From assembly GCA_964016885.1 (NCBI GenBank), contig OZ024742.1, forward strand, positions 331,390,001 to 331,454,000: a stretch of 64,000 nucleotides of DNA, written 5' to 3'. Every line of letters begins with the position of its first letter. The first letter of the stretch is position 1. Both the position numbers and the translations under genes were made by a program. The notes under the pieces were generated by a model. That model ran no database searches, was not told the DNA's origin, and saw only the letters and a program-made list of their open reading frames with translations. This DNA is from Eledone cirrhosa (Eukaryota). Shown in pieces: positions 44,500 to 58,699 of the stretch.

Positions 44500-47250
44500 T
44501 GAACACTGAACACTGAATATTGAAGGTTATTTTTGTCAGAAGAGAGGATTTAGTGGCAGTTGGGGTGAACACTGAACACTGAATATTGAAGGTTATTTTT
44601 GGCAGAAGAGAGGATTTAGTGGCAGTTTGGGTGAACACTGAATATTGAAGGTTATTTTTGGCAGAAGAGAGGATTTAGTGGCAGTTGGGGTGAACACTGA
44701 AGACTGAATATTGAAGGTTATTTTTGGCAGAAGAGAGGATTTAGTGGCAGTTTGGGTGAACACTGAATATTGAAGGTTATTTTTGGCAGAAGAGAGGATT
44801 TAGTGGCAGTTGGGGTGAACACTGAACACTGAATATTGAATATTGAAGGTTATTTTTGCAGAAGGGAGGATTTAGTGGCAGTTGGGGTGAACACTGAACA
44901 CTGAATATTGAAGGTTATTTTTGGCAGAAGAGAGGATTTAGTGGCATTTGGGGTGAACACTGAACACTGAACACTGAATATTGAAGGTTATTTTTGGCAG
45001 AAGAGAGGATTTAGTGGCATTTGGGGTGAACACTGAACACTGAATATTGAATATTGAAGGTTATTTTTGCAGAAGAGAGGATTTAGTGGCAGTTGGGGTG
45101 AACACTGAACACTGAATATTGAATATTGAAGGTTATTTTTTGCAGAAGAGAGGATTTAGTGGCAGTTGGGGTTAATACTGAACACTGAATATTGAATATT
45201 GAAGGTTATTTTTGCAGAAGAGAGGATTTAGTGGCAGTTGGGATGAACACTGAACACTGAATATTGAATATTGAAGGTTATTTTTGCAGAAGAGAGGATT
45301 TAGTGGCAGTTGGGGTGAACACTGAACACTGAACACTGAATATTGAAGGTTATTTTTGGCAGAAGAGAGGATTTAGTGGCAGTTGGGGTGAACACTGAAC
45401 ATTGAATATTGAAGGTTATTTTTGGCAGACGAGAGGATTTAGTGGCAATTGGGGTGAACACTGAACCCTGAACACTGAATATTGAAGGTTATTTTTGGCA
45501 GAAGAGAGGATTTAGTGGCAGTTGGGGTGAACACTGAACACTGAACACTGAATATTGAAGGTTATTTTTGCAGAAGAGAGGATTTAGTGGCAGTTAGGGT
45601 GAACACTGAACAATGAACACTGAATATTGAAGGTTATTTTTGGCAGAAGAGAGGATTTAGTGGCAGTTGGGGTGAACACTGAACACTGAATATTGAATAT
45701 TGAAGGTTATTTTTGCAGAAGAGAGGATTTATTGGCAGTTGGGGTGAACACTGAACACTGAATATTGAAGGTTATTTTTGGCAGAAGAGAGGATTTAGTG
45801 GCAGTTGGGGTGAACACTGAACACTTGACACTGAATATTGAAGGTTATTTTTGGCAGAAGAGAAGATTTAGTGGCAGTTTGGGTGAACACTGAATATTGA
45901 AGGTTATTTTTGGCAGAAGAGAGGATTTAGTGGCAGTTGGGGTGAACACTGAAGACTGAATATTGAAGGTTATTTTTGGCAGAAGAGAGGATTTAGTGGC
46001 AGTTTGGGTGAACACTGAATATTGAAGGTTATTTTTGGCAGAAGAGAGGATTTAGTGGCAGTTGGGGTGAACACTGAAGACTGAATATTGAAGGTTATTT
46101 TTGGCAGAAGAGAGGATTTAGTGGCAGTTTGGGTGAACACTGAATATTGAAGGTTATTTTTGGCAGAAGAGAGGATTTAGTGGCAGTTGGGGTGAACACT
46201 GAACACTGAATATTGAATATTGAAGGTTATTTTTGCAGAAGGGAGGATTTAGTGGCAGTTGGGGTGAACACTGAACACTGAATATTGAAGGTTATTTTTG
46301 GCAGAAGAGAGGATTTAGTGGCATTTGGGGTGAACACTGAACACTGAACACTGAATATTGAAGGTTATTTTTGGCAGAAGAGAGGATTTAGTGGCATTTG
46401 GGGTGAACACTGAACACTGAATATTGAATATTGAAGGTTATTTTTGCAGAAGAGAGGATTTAGTGGCAGTTGGGGTGAACACTGAACACTGAATATTGAA
46501 TATTGAAGGTTATTTTTTGCAGAAGAGAGGATTTAGTGGCAGTTGGGGTTAATACTGAACACTGAATATTGAATATTGAAGGTTATTTTTGCAGAAGAGA
46601 GGATTTAGTGGCAGTTGGGATGAACACTGAACACTGAATATTGAATATTGAAGGTTATTTTTGCAGAAGAGAGGATTTAGTGGCAGTTGGGGTGAACACT
46701 GAACACTGAACACTGAATATTGAAGGTTATTTTTGGCAGAAGAGAGGATTTAGTGGCAGTTGGGGTGAACACTGAACATTGAATATTGAAGGTTATTTTT
46801 GGCAGACGAGAGGATTTAGTGGCAATTGGGGTGAACACTGAACCCTGAACACTGAATATTGAAGGTTATTTTTGGCAGAAGAGAGGATTTAGTGGCAGTT
46901 GGGGTGAACACTGAACACTGAACACTGAATATTGAAGGTTATTTTTGCAGAAGAGAGGATTTAGTGGCAGTTAGGGTGAACACTGAACAATGAACACTGA
47001 ATATTGAAGGTTATTTTTGGCAGAAGAGAGGATTTAGTGGCAGTTGGGGTGAACACTGAACACTGAATATTGAATATTGAAGGTTATTTTTGCAGAAGAG
47101 AGGATTTATTGGCAGTTGGGGTGAACACTGAACACTGAATATTGAAGGTTATTTTTGGCAGAAGAGAGGATTTAGTGGCAGTTGGGGTGAACACTGAACA
47201 CTTGACACTGAATATTGAAGGTTATTTTTGGCAGAAGAGAAGATTTAGTG
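44500..47250. repeat. Recent tandem duplication, offset 1377 bp
   Basis: T6-tract variant at 45136 and 46513; TTAGGG marker at 45594 and 46971. Confidence 0.85.
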
Positions 47251-48040
47251 GCAGTTTGGGTGAACACTGAATACTGAACACTGAATATTGAAGGTTATTT
47301 TTGCAGAAGAGAGGATTTAGTGGCAGTGGGGGTGAAAACTGAACACTGAATATTTAAGGTTATTTTTGGCAGAAGAGAGGATTTAGTGGCAGTTGGGGTG
47401 AAAACTGAACACTGAATATTGAAGGATATTTTGGCAGAAGAGAGGATTTAGTGGCAGTTGGGATGAACACTGATCACTGAACACTGAATATTGAAGGTTA
47501 TTTTTGGCAGAAGAGAGGATTTAGTGTTAGTTGGGGTGAACACTGAACACTGAACACTGAATATTGAAGGTTATTTTTGTCAGAAGAGAGGATTTAGTGG
47601 CAGTTGGGGTGAACACTGAACACTTGACACTGAATATTGAAGGTTATTTTTGGCAGAAGAGAAGATTTAGTGGCAGTTTGGGTGAACACTGAATACTGAA
47701 CACTGAATATTGAAGGTTATTTTTGCAGAAGAGAGGATTTAGTGGCAGTGGGGGTGAAAACTGAACACTGAATATTTAAGGTTATTTTTGGCAGAAGAGA
47801 GGATTTAGTGGCAGTTGGGGTGAAAACTGAACACTGAATATTGAAGGATATTTTGGCAGAAGAGAGGATTTAGTGGCAGTTGGGATGAACACTGATCACT
47901 GAACACTGAATATTGAAGGTTATTTTTGGCAGAAGAGAGGATTTAGTGTTAGTTGGGGTGAACACTGAACACTGAACACTGAATATTGAAGGTTATTTTT
48001 GTCAGAAGAGAGGATTTAGTGGCAGTTGGGGTGAACACTG
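47160..48040. repeat. Tandem duplication of a 6-monomer, 422-bp cassette
   Basis: CTTGACAC at 47201 and 47623 is followed each time by the same ordered variants. The monomer lengths sum to 73+72+66+65+73+73=422. Confidence 0.9.
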
Positions 48041-51000
48041 AACACTGAATATTGAAGGTTATTTTTGGCAGAAGAGAGGATTTAGTGGCAGTTTGGGTGA
48101 ACACTGAATATTGAAGGTTATTTTTGGCAGAAGAGAGGATTTAGTGGCAGTTGGGGTGAACACTGAAGACTGAATATTGAAGGTTATTTTTGGCAGAAGA
48201 GAGGATTTAGTGGCAGTTGGGGTGAACACTGAACACTGAATATTGAATATTGAAGGTTATTTTTGCAGAAGGGAGGATTTAGTGGCAGTTGGGGTGAACA
48301 CTGAACACTGAATATTGAAGGTTATTTTTGGCAGAAGAGAGGATTTAGTGGCATTTGGGGTGAACACTGAACACTGAACACTGAATATTGAAGGTTATTT
48401 TTGGCAGAAGAGAGGATTTAGTGGCAGTTGGGGTGAACACTGAACACTGAACACTGAATATTGAAGGTTATTTTTGTCAGAAGAGAGGATTTAGTGGCAG
48501 TTGGGGTGAACACTGAACACTGAATATTGAAGGTTATTTTTGGCAGAAGAGAGGATTTAGTGGCAGTTTGGGTGAACACTGAATATTGAAGGTTATTTTT
48601 GGCAGAAGAGAGGATTTAGTGGCAGTTGGGGTGAACACTGAAGACTGAATATTGAAGGTTATTTTTGGCAGAAGAGAGGATTTAGTGGCAGTTTGGGTGA
48701 ACACTGAATATTGAAGGTTATTTTTGGCAGAAGAGAGGATTTAGTGGCAGTTGGGGTGAACACTGAACACTGAATATTGAATATTGAAGGTTATTTTTGC
48801 AGAAGGGAGGATTTAGTGGCAGTTGGGGTGAACACTGAACACTGAATATTGAAGGTTATTTTTGGCAGAAGAGAGGATTTAGTGGCATTTGGGGTGAACA
48901 CTGAACACTGAACACTGAATATTGAAGGTTATTTTTGGCAGAAGAGAGGATTTAGTGGCATTTGGGGTGAACACTGAACACTGAATATTGAATATTGAAG
49001 GTTATTTTTTGCAGAAGAGAGGATTTAGTGGCAGTTGGGGTTAATACTGAACACTGAATATTGAATATTGAAGGTTATTTTTGCAGAAGAGAGGATTTAG
49101 TGGCAGTTGGGATGAACACTGAACACTGAATATTGAATATTGAAGGTTATTTTTGCAGAAGAGAGGATTTAGTGGCAGTTGGGGTGAACAATGAACACTG
49201 AATTTTGAATATTGAAGGTTATTTTTGGCAGAAGAGAGGATTTAGTGGCAGTTGGGGTGAACACTGAACAGTGAACACTGAATATTGAAGGTTATTTTTG
49301 GCAGAAGAGAGGATTTAGTGGCAGTTGGGATGAAAACTGAACACTGAATATTGAAGGATATTTTTGGCAGAAGAGAGGATTTAGTGGCAGTTGGGATGAA
49401 CACTGAACATTGAATATTGAATTTTGAAGGTTATTTTTGGCAGAAGAGAGGATTTAGTGGCAGTTGGGGTGAACACTGAACACTGAATATTGAATATTGA
49501 AGGTTATTTTTGCAGAAGAGAGGATTTAGTGGCAGTTGGGGTGAACACTGAACACTGAACACTGAATATTGAAGGTTATTTTTGGCAGAAGAGAGGATTT
49601 AGTTGCAGTTGGGGTGAACACTGAACATTGAATATTGAAGGTTATTTTTGGCAGACGAGAGGATTTAGTGGCAATTGGGGTGAACACTGAACCCTGAACA
49701 CTGAATATTGAAGGTTATTTTTGGCAGAAGAGAGGATTTAGTGGCAGTTGGGGTGAACACTGAACACTGAACACTGAATATTGAAGGTTATTTTTGCAGA
49801 AGAGAGGATTTAGTGGCAGTTAGGGTGAACACTGAACAATGAACACTGAATATTGAAGGTTATTTTTGGCAGAAGAGAGGATTTAGTGGCAGTTGGGGTG
49901 AACACTGAACACTGAATATTGAATATTGAAGGTTATTTTTGCAGAAGAGAGGATTTATTGGCAGTTGGGGTGAACACTGAACACTGAATATTGAAGGTTA
50001 TTTTTGGCAGAAGAGAGGATTTAGTGGCAGTTGGGGTGAACACTGAACACTTGACACTGAATATTGAAGGTTATTTTTGGCAGAAGAGAAGATTTAGTGG
50101 CAGTTTGGGTGAACACTGAATACTGAACACTGAATATTGAAGGTTATTTTTGCAGAAGAGAGGATTTAGTGGCAGTGGGGGTGAAAACTGAACACTGAAT
50201 ATTTAAGGTTATTTTTGGCAGAAGAGAGGATTTAGTGGCAGTTGGGGTGAAAACTGAACACTGAATATTGAAGGATATTTTGGCAGAAGAGAGGATTTAG
50301 TGGCAGTTGGGATGAACACTGATCACTGAACACTGAATATTGAAGGTTATTTTTGGCAGAAGAGAGGATTTAGTGTTAGTTGGGGTGAACACTGAACACT
50401 GAACACTGAATATTGAAGGTTATTTTTGTCAGAAGAGAGGATTTAGTGGCAGTTGGGGTGAACACTGAACACTGAATATTGAAGGTTATTTTTGGCAGAA
50501 GAGAGGATTTAGTGGCAGTTTGGGTGAACACTGAATATTGAAGGTTATTTTTGGCGGAAGAGAGGATTTAGTGGCAGTTGGGGTGAACACTGAAGACTGA
50601 ATATTGAAGGTTATTTTTGGCAGAAGAGAGGATTTAGTGGCAGTTGGGGTGAACACTGAACACTGAATATTGAATATTGAAGGTTATTTTTGCAGAAGGG
50701 AGGATTTAGTGGCAGTTGGGGTGAACACTGAACACTGAATATTGAAGGTTATTTTTGGCAGAAGAGAGGATTTAGTGGCATTTGGGGTGAACACTGAACA
50801 CTGAACACTGAATATTGAAGGTTATTTTTGGCAGAAGAGAGGATTTAGTGGCAGTTGGGGTGAACACTGAACACTGAACACTGAATATTGAAGGTTATTT
50901 TTGTCAGAAGAGAGGATTTAGTGGCAGTTGGGGTGAACACTGAACACTGAATATTGAAGGTTATTTTTGGCAGAAGAGAGGATTTAGTGGCAGTTTGGGT

Positions 51001-52699
51001 GAACACTGAATATTGAAGGTTATTTTTGGCAGAAGAGAGGATTTAGTGGCAGTTGGGGTGAACACTGAAGACTGAATATTGAAGGTTATTTTTGGCAGAA
51101 GAGAGGATTTAGTGGCAGTTGGGGTGAACAGTGAACACTGAATATTGAATATTGAAGGTTATTTTTGCAGAAGGGAGGATTTAGTGGCAGTTGGGGTGAA
51201 CACTGAAGACTGAATATTGAAGGTTATTTTTGGCAGAAGAGAGGATTTAGTGGCATTTGGGGTGAACACTGAACACTGAACACTGAATATTGAAGGTTAT
51301 TTTTGCAGAAGAGAGGATTTAGTGGCAGTTGGGATGAACACTGAACACTGAATATTGAATATTGAAGGTTATTTTTGCAGAAGAGAGGATTTAGTGGCAG
51401 TTGGGGTGAACAATGAACACTGAATATTGAATATTGAAGGTTATTTTTGCAGAAGAGAGGATTTAGTGGAAGTTATGGTGAACACTGAACATTGAATTTT
51501 GAATATTGAAGGTTATTTTTGGCAGAAGAGGGGATTTAGTGGCAGTTGGGGTGAACACTGAACAGTGAACACTGAATATTGAAGGTTATTTTTGGCAGAA
51601 GAGAGGATTTAGTGGCAGTTGGGATGAAAACTGAACACTGAATATTGAAGGATATTTTTGGCAGAAGAGAGGATGTAGTGGCAGTTGGGATGAACACTGA
51701 ACATTGAATATTGAATTTTGAAGGTTATTTTTGGCAGAAGAGAGGATTTAGTGGCAGTTGGGGTGAACACTGAACACTGAATATTGAAGGTTATTTTTGG
51801 CAGAAGAGAGGATTTAGTGGCATTTGGGGTGAACACTGAACACTGAATATTGAAGGTTATTTTTGGCAGAAGAGAGGATTTAGTGGCAGTTGGGGTGAAC
51901 ACTGAACATTGAATATTGAAGGTTATTTTTGGCAGACGAGAGGATTTAGTGGCAATTGGGGTGAACACTGAACCCTGAACACTGAATATTGAAGGTTATT
52001 TTTGGCAGAAGAGAGGATTTAGTGGCAGTTGGGGTGAACACTGAACACTGAACACTGAATATTGAAGGTTATTTTTGCAGAAGAGAGGATTTAGTGGCAG
52101 TTAGGGTGAACACTGAACAATGAACACTGAATATTGAAGGTTATTTTTGGCAGAAGAGAGGATTTAGTGGCAGTTGGGGTGAACACTGAACACTGAATAT
52201 TGAATATTGAAGGTTATTTTTGCAGAAGAGAGGATTTATTGGCAGTTGGGGTGAACACTGAACACTGAATATTGAAGGTTATTTTTGGCAGAAGAGAGGA
52301 TTTAGTGGCAGTTGGGGTGAAAACTGAACACTGAATATTGAAGGATATTTTGGCAGAAGAGAGGATTTAGTGGCAGTTGGGATGAACACTGAACACTGAA
52401 CACTGAATATTGAAGGTTATTTATGGCAGAAGAGAGTATTTAGTGGCATTTGGGGTGAACACTGAACACTGAACACTGAATATTGAAGGTTATTTTTGGC
52501 AGAAGAGAGGATTTAGTGGCATTTGGGGTGAACACTAAACACTGATCACTGAACACTGAATATTGAAGGTTATTTTTGGCAGAAGAGAGGATTTAGTGGC
52601 AGTTGGGGTGAACACTGAACACTGAACACTGAATATTGAAGGTTATTTTTGTCAGAAGAGAGGATTTAGTGGCAGTTGGGGTGAACACTGAACACTGAA

Positions 52700-55600
52700 T
52701 ATTGAAGGTTATTTTTGGCAGAAGAGAGGATTTAGTGGCAGTTTGGGTGAACACTGAACACTGAACACTGAATATTGAAGGTTATTTTTGTCAGAAGAGA
52801 GGATTTAGTGGCAGTTGGGGTGAACACTGAACACTGAATATTGAAGGTTATTTTTGGCAGAAGAGAGGAATTAGTGGCAGTTGGGGTGAACACTGAAGAC
52901 TGAATATTGAAGGTTATTTTTGGCAGAAGAGAGGATTTAGTGGCAGTTGGGGTGAACACTGAACACTGAATATTGAATATTGAAGGTTATTTTTGCAGAA
53001 GGGAGGATTTAGTGGCAGTTGGGGTGAACACTGAACACTGAATATTGAAGGTTATTTTTGGCAGAAGAGAGGATTTAGTGGCATTTGGGGTGAACACTGA
53101 ACACCGAACACTGAATATTGAAGGTTATTTTTGGCAGAAGAGAGGATTTAGTGGCAGTTGGGGTGAACACTGAACAGTGAAAATTGAAGGTTATTTTTCC
53201 AGAAGAGAGGATTTAGTGGCCGTTGCGGTGAACACTGAACACTGAATATTGAATATTGAAGGTTATTTTTGCAGAAGAGAGGATTTAGTGGCAATTGGGG
53301 TGAACACTGAACACTGAACACTGAATATTGAAGGTTATTTTTGCAGAAGAGAGGATTTAGTGGCAGTTGGAGTGAACACTGAACACTGAATATTGAATAT
53401 TGAAGGTTATTTTTGCAGAAGAGAGGATTTAGTGGCAGTTGGGGTGAACACTGAACACTGAATATTGAATATTGAAGGTTATTTTTGCAGAAGAGAGGAT
53501 TTAGTGGCAGTTGGGGTGAACACTGAACACTGAATATTGAATATTGAAGGTTATTTTTGCAGAAGAGAGGATTTTGTGGCAGTTGGGGTTAACACTGAAC
53601 ACTGAATATTGAATATTGAAGCTTATTTTTGCAGAAGAGAGGATTTAGTGGCAGTTGGGATGAACACTGAACACTGAATATTGAATATTGAAGGTTATTT
53701 TTGCAGAAGAGAGGATTTAGTGGCAGTTGGGGTGAACACTGAACACTGAATATTGAATATTGAAGGTTATTTTTGCAGAAGAGAGGATTTAGTGGCAGTT
53801 AAGGTGAACACTGAACATTGAATTTTGAATTTTGAAGGTTATTTTTGGCAGAAGAGAGGATTTAGTGGCAGTTGGGGTGAACACTGAACAGTGAACACTG
53901 AATATTGAAGGTTATTTTTGGCAGAAGAGAGGATTTTGTGGCAGTTGGGGTGAAAACTGAACACTGAATATTGAAGGATATTTTTGGCAGAAGAGAGGAT
54001 TTAGTGGCAGTTGGGATGAACACTGAACATTGAATATTGAATTTTGAAGGTTATTTTTGGCAGAAGAGAGGATTTAGTGGCAGTTGGGGTGAACACTGAA
54101 CAGTGAAAATTGAAGGTTATTTTTCCAGAAGAGAGGATTTAGTGGCCGTTGCGGTGAACACTGAACACTGAATATTGAATATTGAAGGTTATTTTTGCAG
54201 AAGAGAGGATTTAGTGGCAATTGGGGTGAACACTGAACACTGAACACTGAATATTGAAGGTTATTTTTGCAGAAGAGAGGATTTAGTGGCAGTTGGAGTG
54301 AACACTGAACACTGAATATTGAATATTGAAGGTTATTTTTGCAGAAGAGAGGATTTAGTGGCAGTTGGGGTGAACACTGAACACTGAATATTGAATATTG
54401 AAGGTTATTTTTGGCAGAAGAGAGGATTTAGTGGCAGTTTGGGTGAACACTGAACACTGAACACTGAATATTGAAGGTTATTTTTGTCAGAAGAGAGGAT
54501 TTAGTGGCAGTTGGGGTGAACACTGAACACTGAATATTGAAGGTTATTTTTGGCAGAAGAGAGGAATTAGTGGCAGTTGGGGTGAACACTGAAGACTGAA
54601 TATTGAAGGTTATTTTTGGCAGAAGAGAGGATTTAGTGGCAGTTGGGGTGAACATTGAACACTGAATATTGAATATTGAAGGTTATTTTTGCAGAAGGGA
54701 GGATTTAGTGGCAGTTGGGGTGAACACTGAACACTGAATATTGAAGGTTATTTTTGGCAGAAGAGAGGATTTAGTGGCATTTGGGGTGAACACTGAACAC
54801 TGAACACTGAATATTGAAGGTTATTTTTGGCAGAAGAGAGGATTTAGTGGCAGTTGGGGTGAACACTGAACAGTGAAAATTGAAGGTTATTTTTCCAGAA
54901 GAGAGGATTTAGTGGCCGTTGCGGTGAACACTGAACACTGAATATTGAATATTGAAGGTTATTTTTGCAGAAGAGAGGATTTAGTGGCAATTGGGGTGAA
55001 CACTGAACACTGAACACTGAATATTGAAGGTTATTTTTGCAGAAGAGAGGATTTAGTGGCAGTTGGAGTGAACACTGAACACTGAATATTGAATATTGAA
55101 GGTTATTTTTGCAGAAGAGAGGATTTAGTGGCAGTTGGGGTGAACACTGAACACTGAATATTGAATATTGAAGGTTATTTTTGCAGAAGAGAGGATTTAG
55201 TGGCAGTTGGGGTGAACACTGAACACTGAATATTGAATATTGAAGGTTATTTTTGCAGAAGAGAGGATTTAGTGGCAGTTGGGGTTAACACTGAACACTG
55301 AATATTGAATATTGAAGCTTATTTTTGCAGAAGAGAGGATTTAGTGGCAGTTGGGATGAACACTGAACACTGAATATTGAATATTGAAGGTTATTTTTGC
55401 AGAAGAGAGGATTTAGTGGCAGTTGGGGTGAACACTGAACACTGAATATTGAATATTGAAGGTTATTTTTGCAGAAGAGAGGATTTAGTGGCAGTTAAGG
55501 TGAACACTGAACATTGAATTTTGAATTTTGAAGGTTATTTTTGGCAGAAGAGAGGATTTAGTGGCAGTTGGGGTGAACACTGAACAGTGAACACTGAATA

Positions 55601-56750
55601 TTGAAGGTTATTTTTGGCAGAAGAGAGGATTTTGTGGCAGTTGGGGTGAAAACTGAACACTGAATATTGAAGGATATTTTTGGCAGAAGAGAGGATTTAG
55701 TGGCAGTTGGGATGAACACTGAACATTGAATATTGAATTTTGAAGGTTATTTTTGGCAGAAGAGAGGATTTAGTGGCAGTTGGGGTGAACACTGAACAGT
55801 GAAAATTGAAGGTTATTTTTCCAGAAGAGAGGATTTAGTGGCCGTTGCGGTGAACACTGAACACTGAATATTGAATATTGAAGGTTATTTTTGCAGAAGA
55901 GAGGATTTAGTGGCAATTGGGGTGAACACTGAACACTGAACACTGAATATTGAAGGTTATTTTTGCAGAAGAGAGGATTTAGTGGCAGTTGGAGTGAACA
56001 CTGAACACTGAATATTGAATATTGAAGGTTATTTTTGCAGAAGAGAGGATTTAGTGGCAGTTGGGGTGAACACTGAACACTGAATATTGAATATTGAAGG
56101 TTATTTTTGCAGAAGAGAGGATTTAGTGGCAGTTGGGGTGAACACTGAACACTGAATATTGAATATTGAAGGTTATTTTTGCAGAAGAGAGGATTTAGTG
56201 GCAGTTGGGGTTAACACTGAACACTGAATATTGAATATTGAAGCTTATTTTTGCAGAAGAGAGGATTTAGTGGCAGTTGGGATGAACACTGAACACTGAA
56301 TATTGAATATTGAAGGTTATTTTTGCAGAAGAGAGGATTTAGTGGCAGTTGGGGTGAACACTGAACACTGAATATTGAATATTAGAGAGTATTTTTGCAG
56401 AAGAGAGGATTTAGTGGCAGTTAAGGTGAACACTGAACATTGAATTTTGAATTTTGAAGGTTATTTTTGGCAGAAGAGAGGATTTAGTGGCAGTTGGGGT
56501 GAACACTGAACAGTGAACACTGAATATTGAAGGTTATTTTTGGCAGAAGAGAGGATTTTGTGGCAGTTGGGGTGAAAACTGAACACTGAATATTGAAGGA
56601 TATTTTTGGCAGAAGAGAGGATTTAGTGGCAGTTGGGATGAACACTGAACATTGAATATTGAATTTTGAAGGTTATTTTTGGCAGAAGAGAGGATTTAGT
56701 GGCAGTTGGGGTGAACACTGAACACTGAATATTGAAGGTTATTTTTGGCA
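52700..56750. repeat. Nested duplications at offsets of 1696 and 926 bp
   Basis: Identical ORF hits at 52732/54428; AAGCTT at 53619, 55315 and 56241. Confidence 0.88.
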
Positions 56751-58699
56751 GAAGAGAGGATTTAATGGCAGTTGGGGTGAACACTGAACACTGAATATTA
56801 AAGGTTATTTTTCCAGAAGAGAGGATTTAGTGGCCGTTGCGGTGAACACTAAACACTGAATATTGAATATTGAAGGTTATTTTTGCAGAAGAGAGGATTT
56901 AGTGGCAGTTGGGGTGAACACTGAACACTGAATATTGAAGGTTATTTTTGGCAGAAGAGAGGATTTAGTGGCATTTGGGGGTGAACACTAAACACTGATC
57001 ACTGAACACTGAATATTGAAGGTTATTTTTGGCAGAAGAGAGGATTTAGTGGCAGTTGGGGTGAACACTGAACAGTGAACACTGAATATTGAAGGTTATT
57101 TTTGTCAGAAGAGAGGATTTAGTGGCAGTTGGGGTGAACACTGAACACTGAATATTGAAGGTTATTTTTGGCAGAAGAGAGGATTTAGTGGCAGTTTGGG
57201 TGAACACTGAATATTGAAGGTTATTTTTGGCAGAAGAGAGGATTTAGTGGCAGTTGGGGTGAACACTGAACACTGAATATTGAAGGTTATTTTTGGCAGA
57301 AGAGAGGATTTAGTGGCAGTTGGGGTGAACACTGAACACTGAACACTGAATATTGAAGGTTATTTTTGGCAGAAGAGAGGATTTAGTGGCAGTTGGGGTG
57401 AACACTGAACATTGAACACTGAATATTGAAGGTTATTTTTGGCAGAAGAGAGGATTTAGTGGCAGTTGGGGTGAACACTGAACACTGAATATTGAATATT
57501 GAAGGTTATTTTTGCAGAAGAGAAGATTTAGTGGCAGTTGGGGTGAACACTGAACACTGAATATTGAAGGTTATTTTTGGCAGAAGAGAGGATTTAGTGG
57601 CCGTTGCGGTGAACACTGAACACTGAATATTGAATATTGAAGGTTATTTTTGCAGAAGACAGGATTTAGTGGCCGTTGCGGGAAACACTGAACACTGAAT
57701 ATTGAATATTGAAGGTTATTTTTGCAGAAGAGAGGATTTAGTGGCAATTGGGGTGAACACTGAACACTGAATATTGAAGGTTATTTTTGGCAGAAGAGAG
57801 GATTTAGTGGCAGTTGGGGTGAACACTGAACACTGAACACTGAATATTGAAGGTTATTTTTGTCAGAAGAGAGGATTTAGTGGCAGTTGGGGTGAACACT
57901 GAACACAGAATATTGAAGGTTATTTTTGGCAGAAGAGAGGATTTAGTGGCAGTTTGGGTGAACACTGAATATTGAAGGTTATTTTTGGCAGAAGAGAGGA
58001 TTTAGTGGCAGTTGGGGTGAACACTGAACACTGAATATTGAAGGTTATTTTTGGCAGAAGAGAGGATTTAGTGGCAGTTGGGGTGAACACTGAACAGTGA
58101 ACACTGAATATTGAAGGTTATTTTTGTCAGAAGAGAGGATTTAGTGGCAGTTGGGGTGAACACTGAACACTGAATATTGAAGGATATTTTTGGCAGAAGA
58201 GAGGATTTAGTGGCAGTTTGGGTGAACACTGAATATTGAAGGTTATTTTTGGCAGAAGAGAGGATTTAGTGGCAGTTGGGGTGAACACTGAACACTGAAT
58301 ATTGAAGGTTATTTTTGGCAGAAGAGAGGATTTAGTGGCAGTTGGGGTGAACACTTAACACTGAACACTGAATATTGAAGGTTATTTTTGGCAGAAGAGA
58401 GGATTTAGTGGCAGTTGGGGTGAACACTGAACATTGAACACTGAATATTGAAGGTTATTTTTGGCAGAAGAGAGGATTTAGTGGCAGTTGGGGTGAACAC
58501 TGAACACTGAATATTGAATATTGAAGGTTATTTTTGCAGAAGAGAAGATTTAGTGGCAGTTGGGGTGAACACTGAACACTGAATATTGAAGGTTATTTTT
58601 GGCAGAAGAGAGGATTTAGTGGCCGTTGCGGTGAACACTGAACACTGAATATTGAATATTGAAGGTTATTTTTGCAGAAGAGAGGATTTAGTGGCAATT

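Noticed and set aside
1869-58354. Twelve short minus-strand ORFs (60-119 aa) with repetitive peptides
   Set aside because: They are translations of the satellite. The 66- and 72-bp monomers are multiples of 3 and lack stops in some minus-strand frames, so runs of them stay open until a 59/65/73-bp monomer shifts the frame. Most have no true ATG start, and there is no unique coding sequence or gene context.
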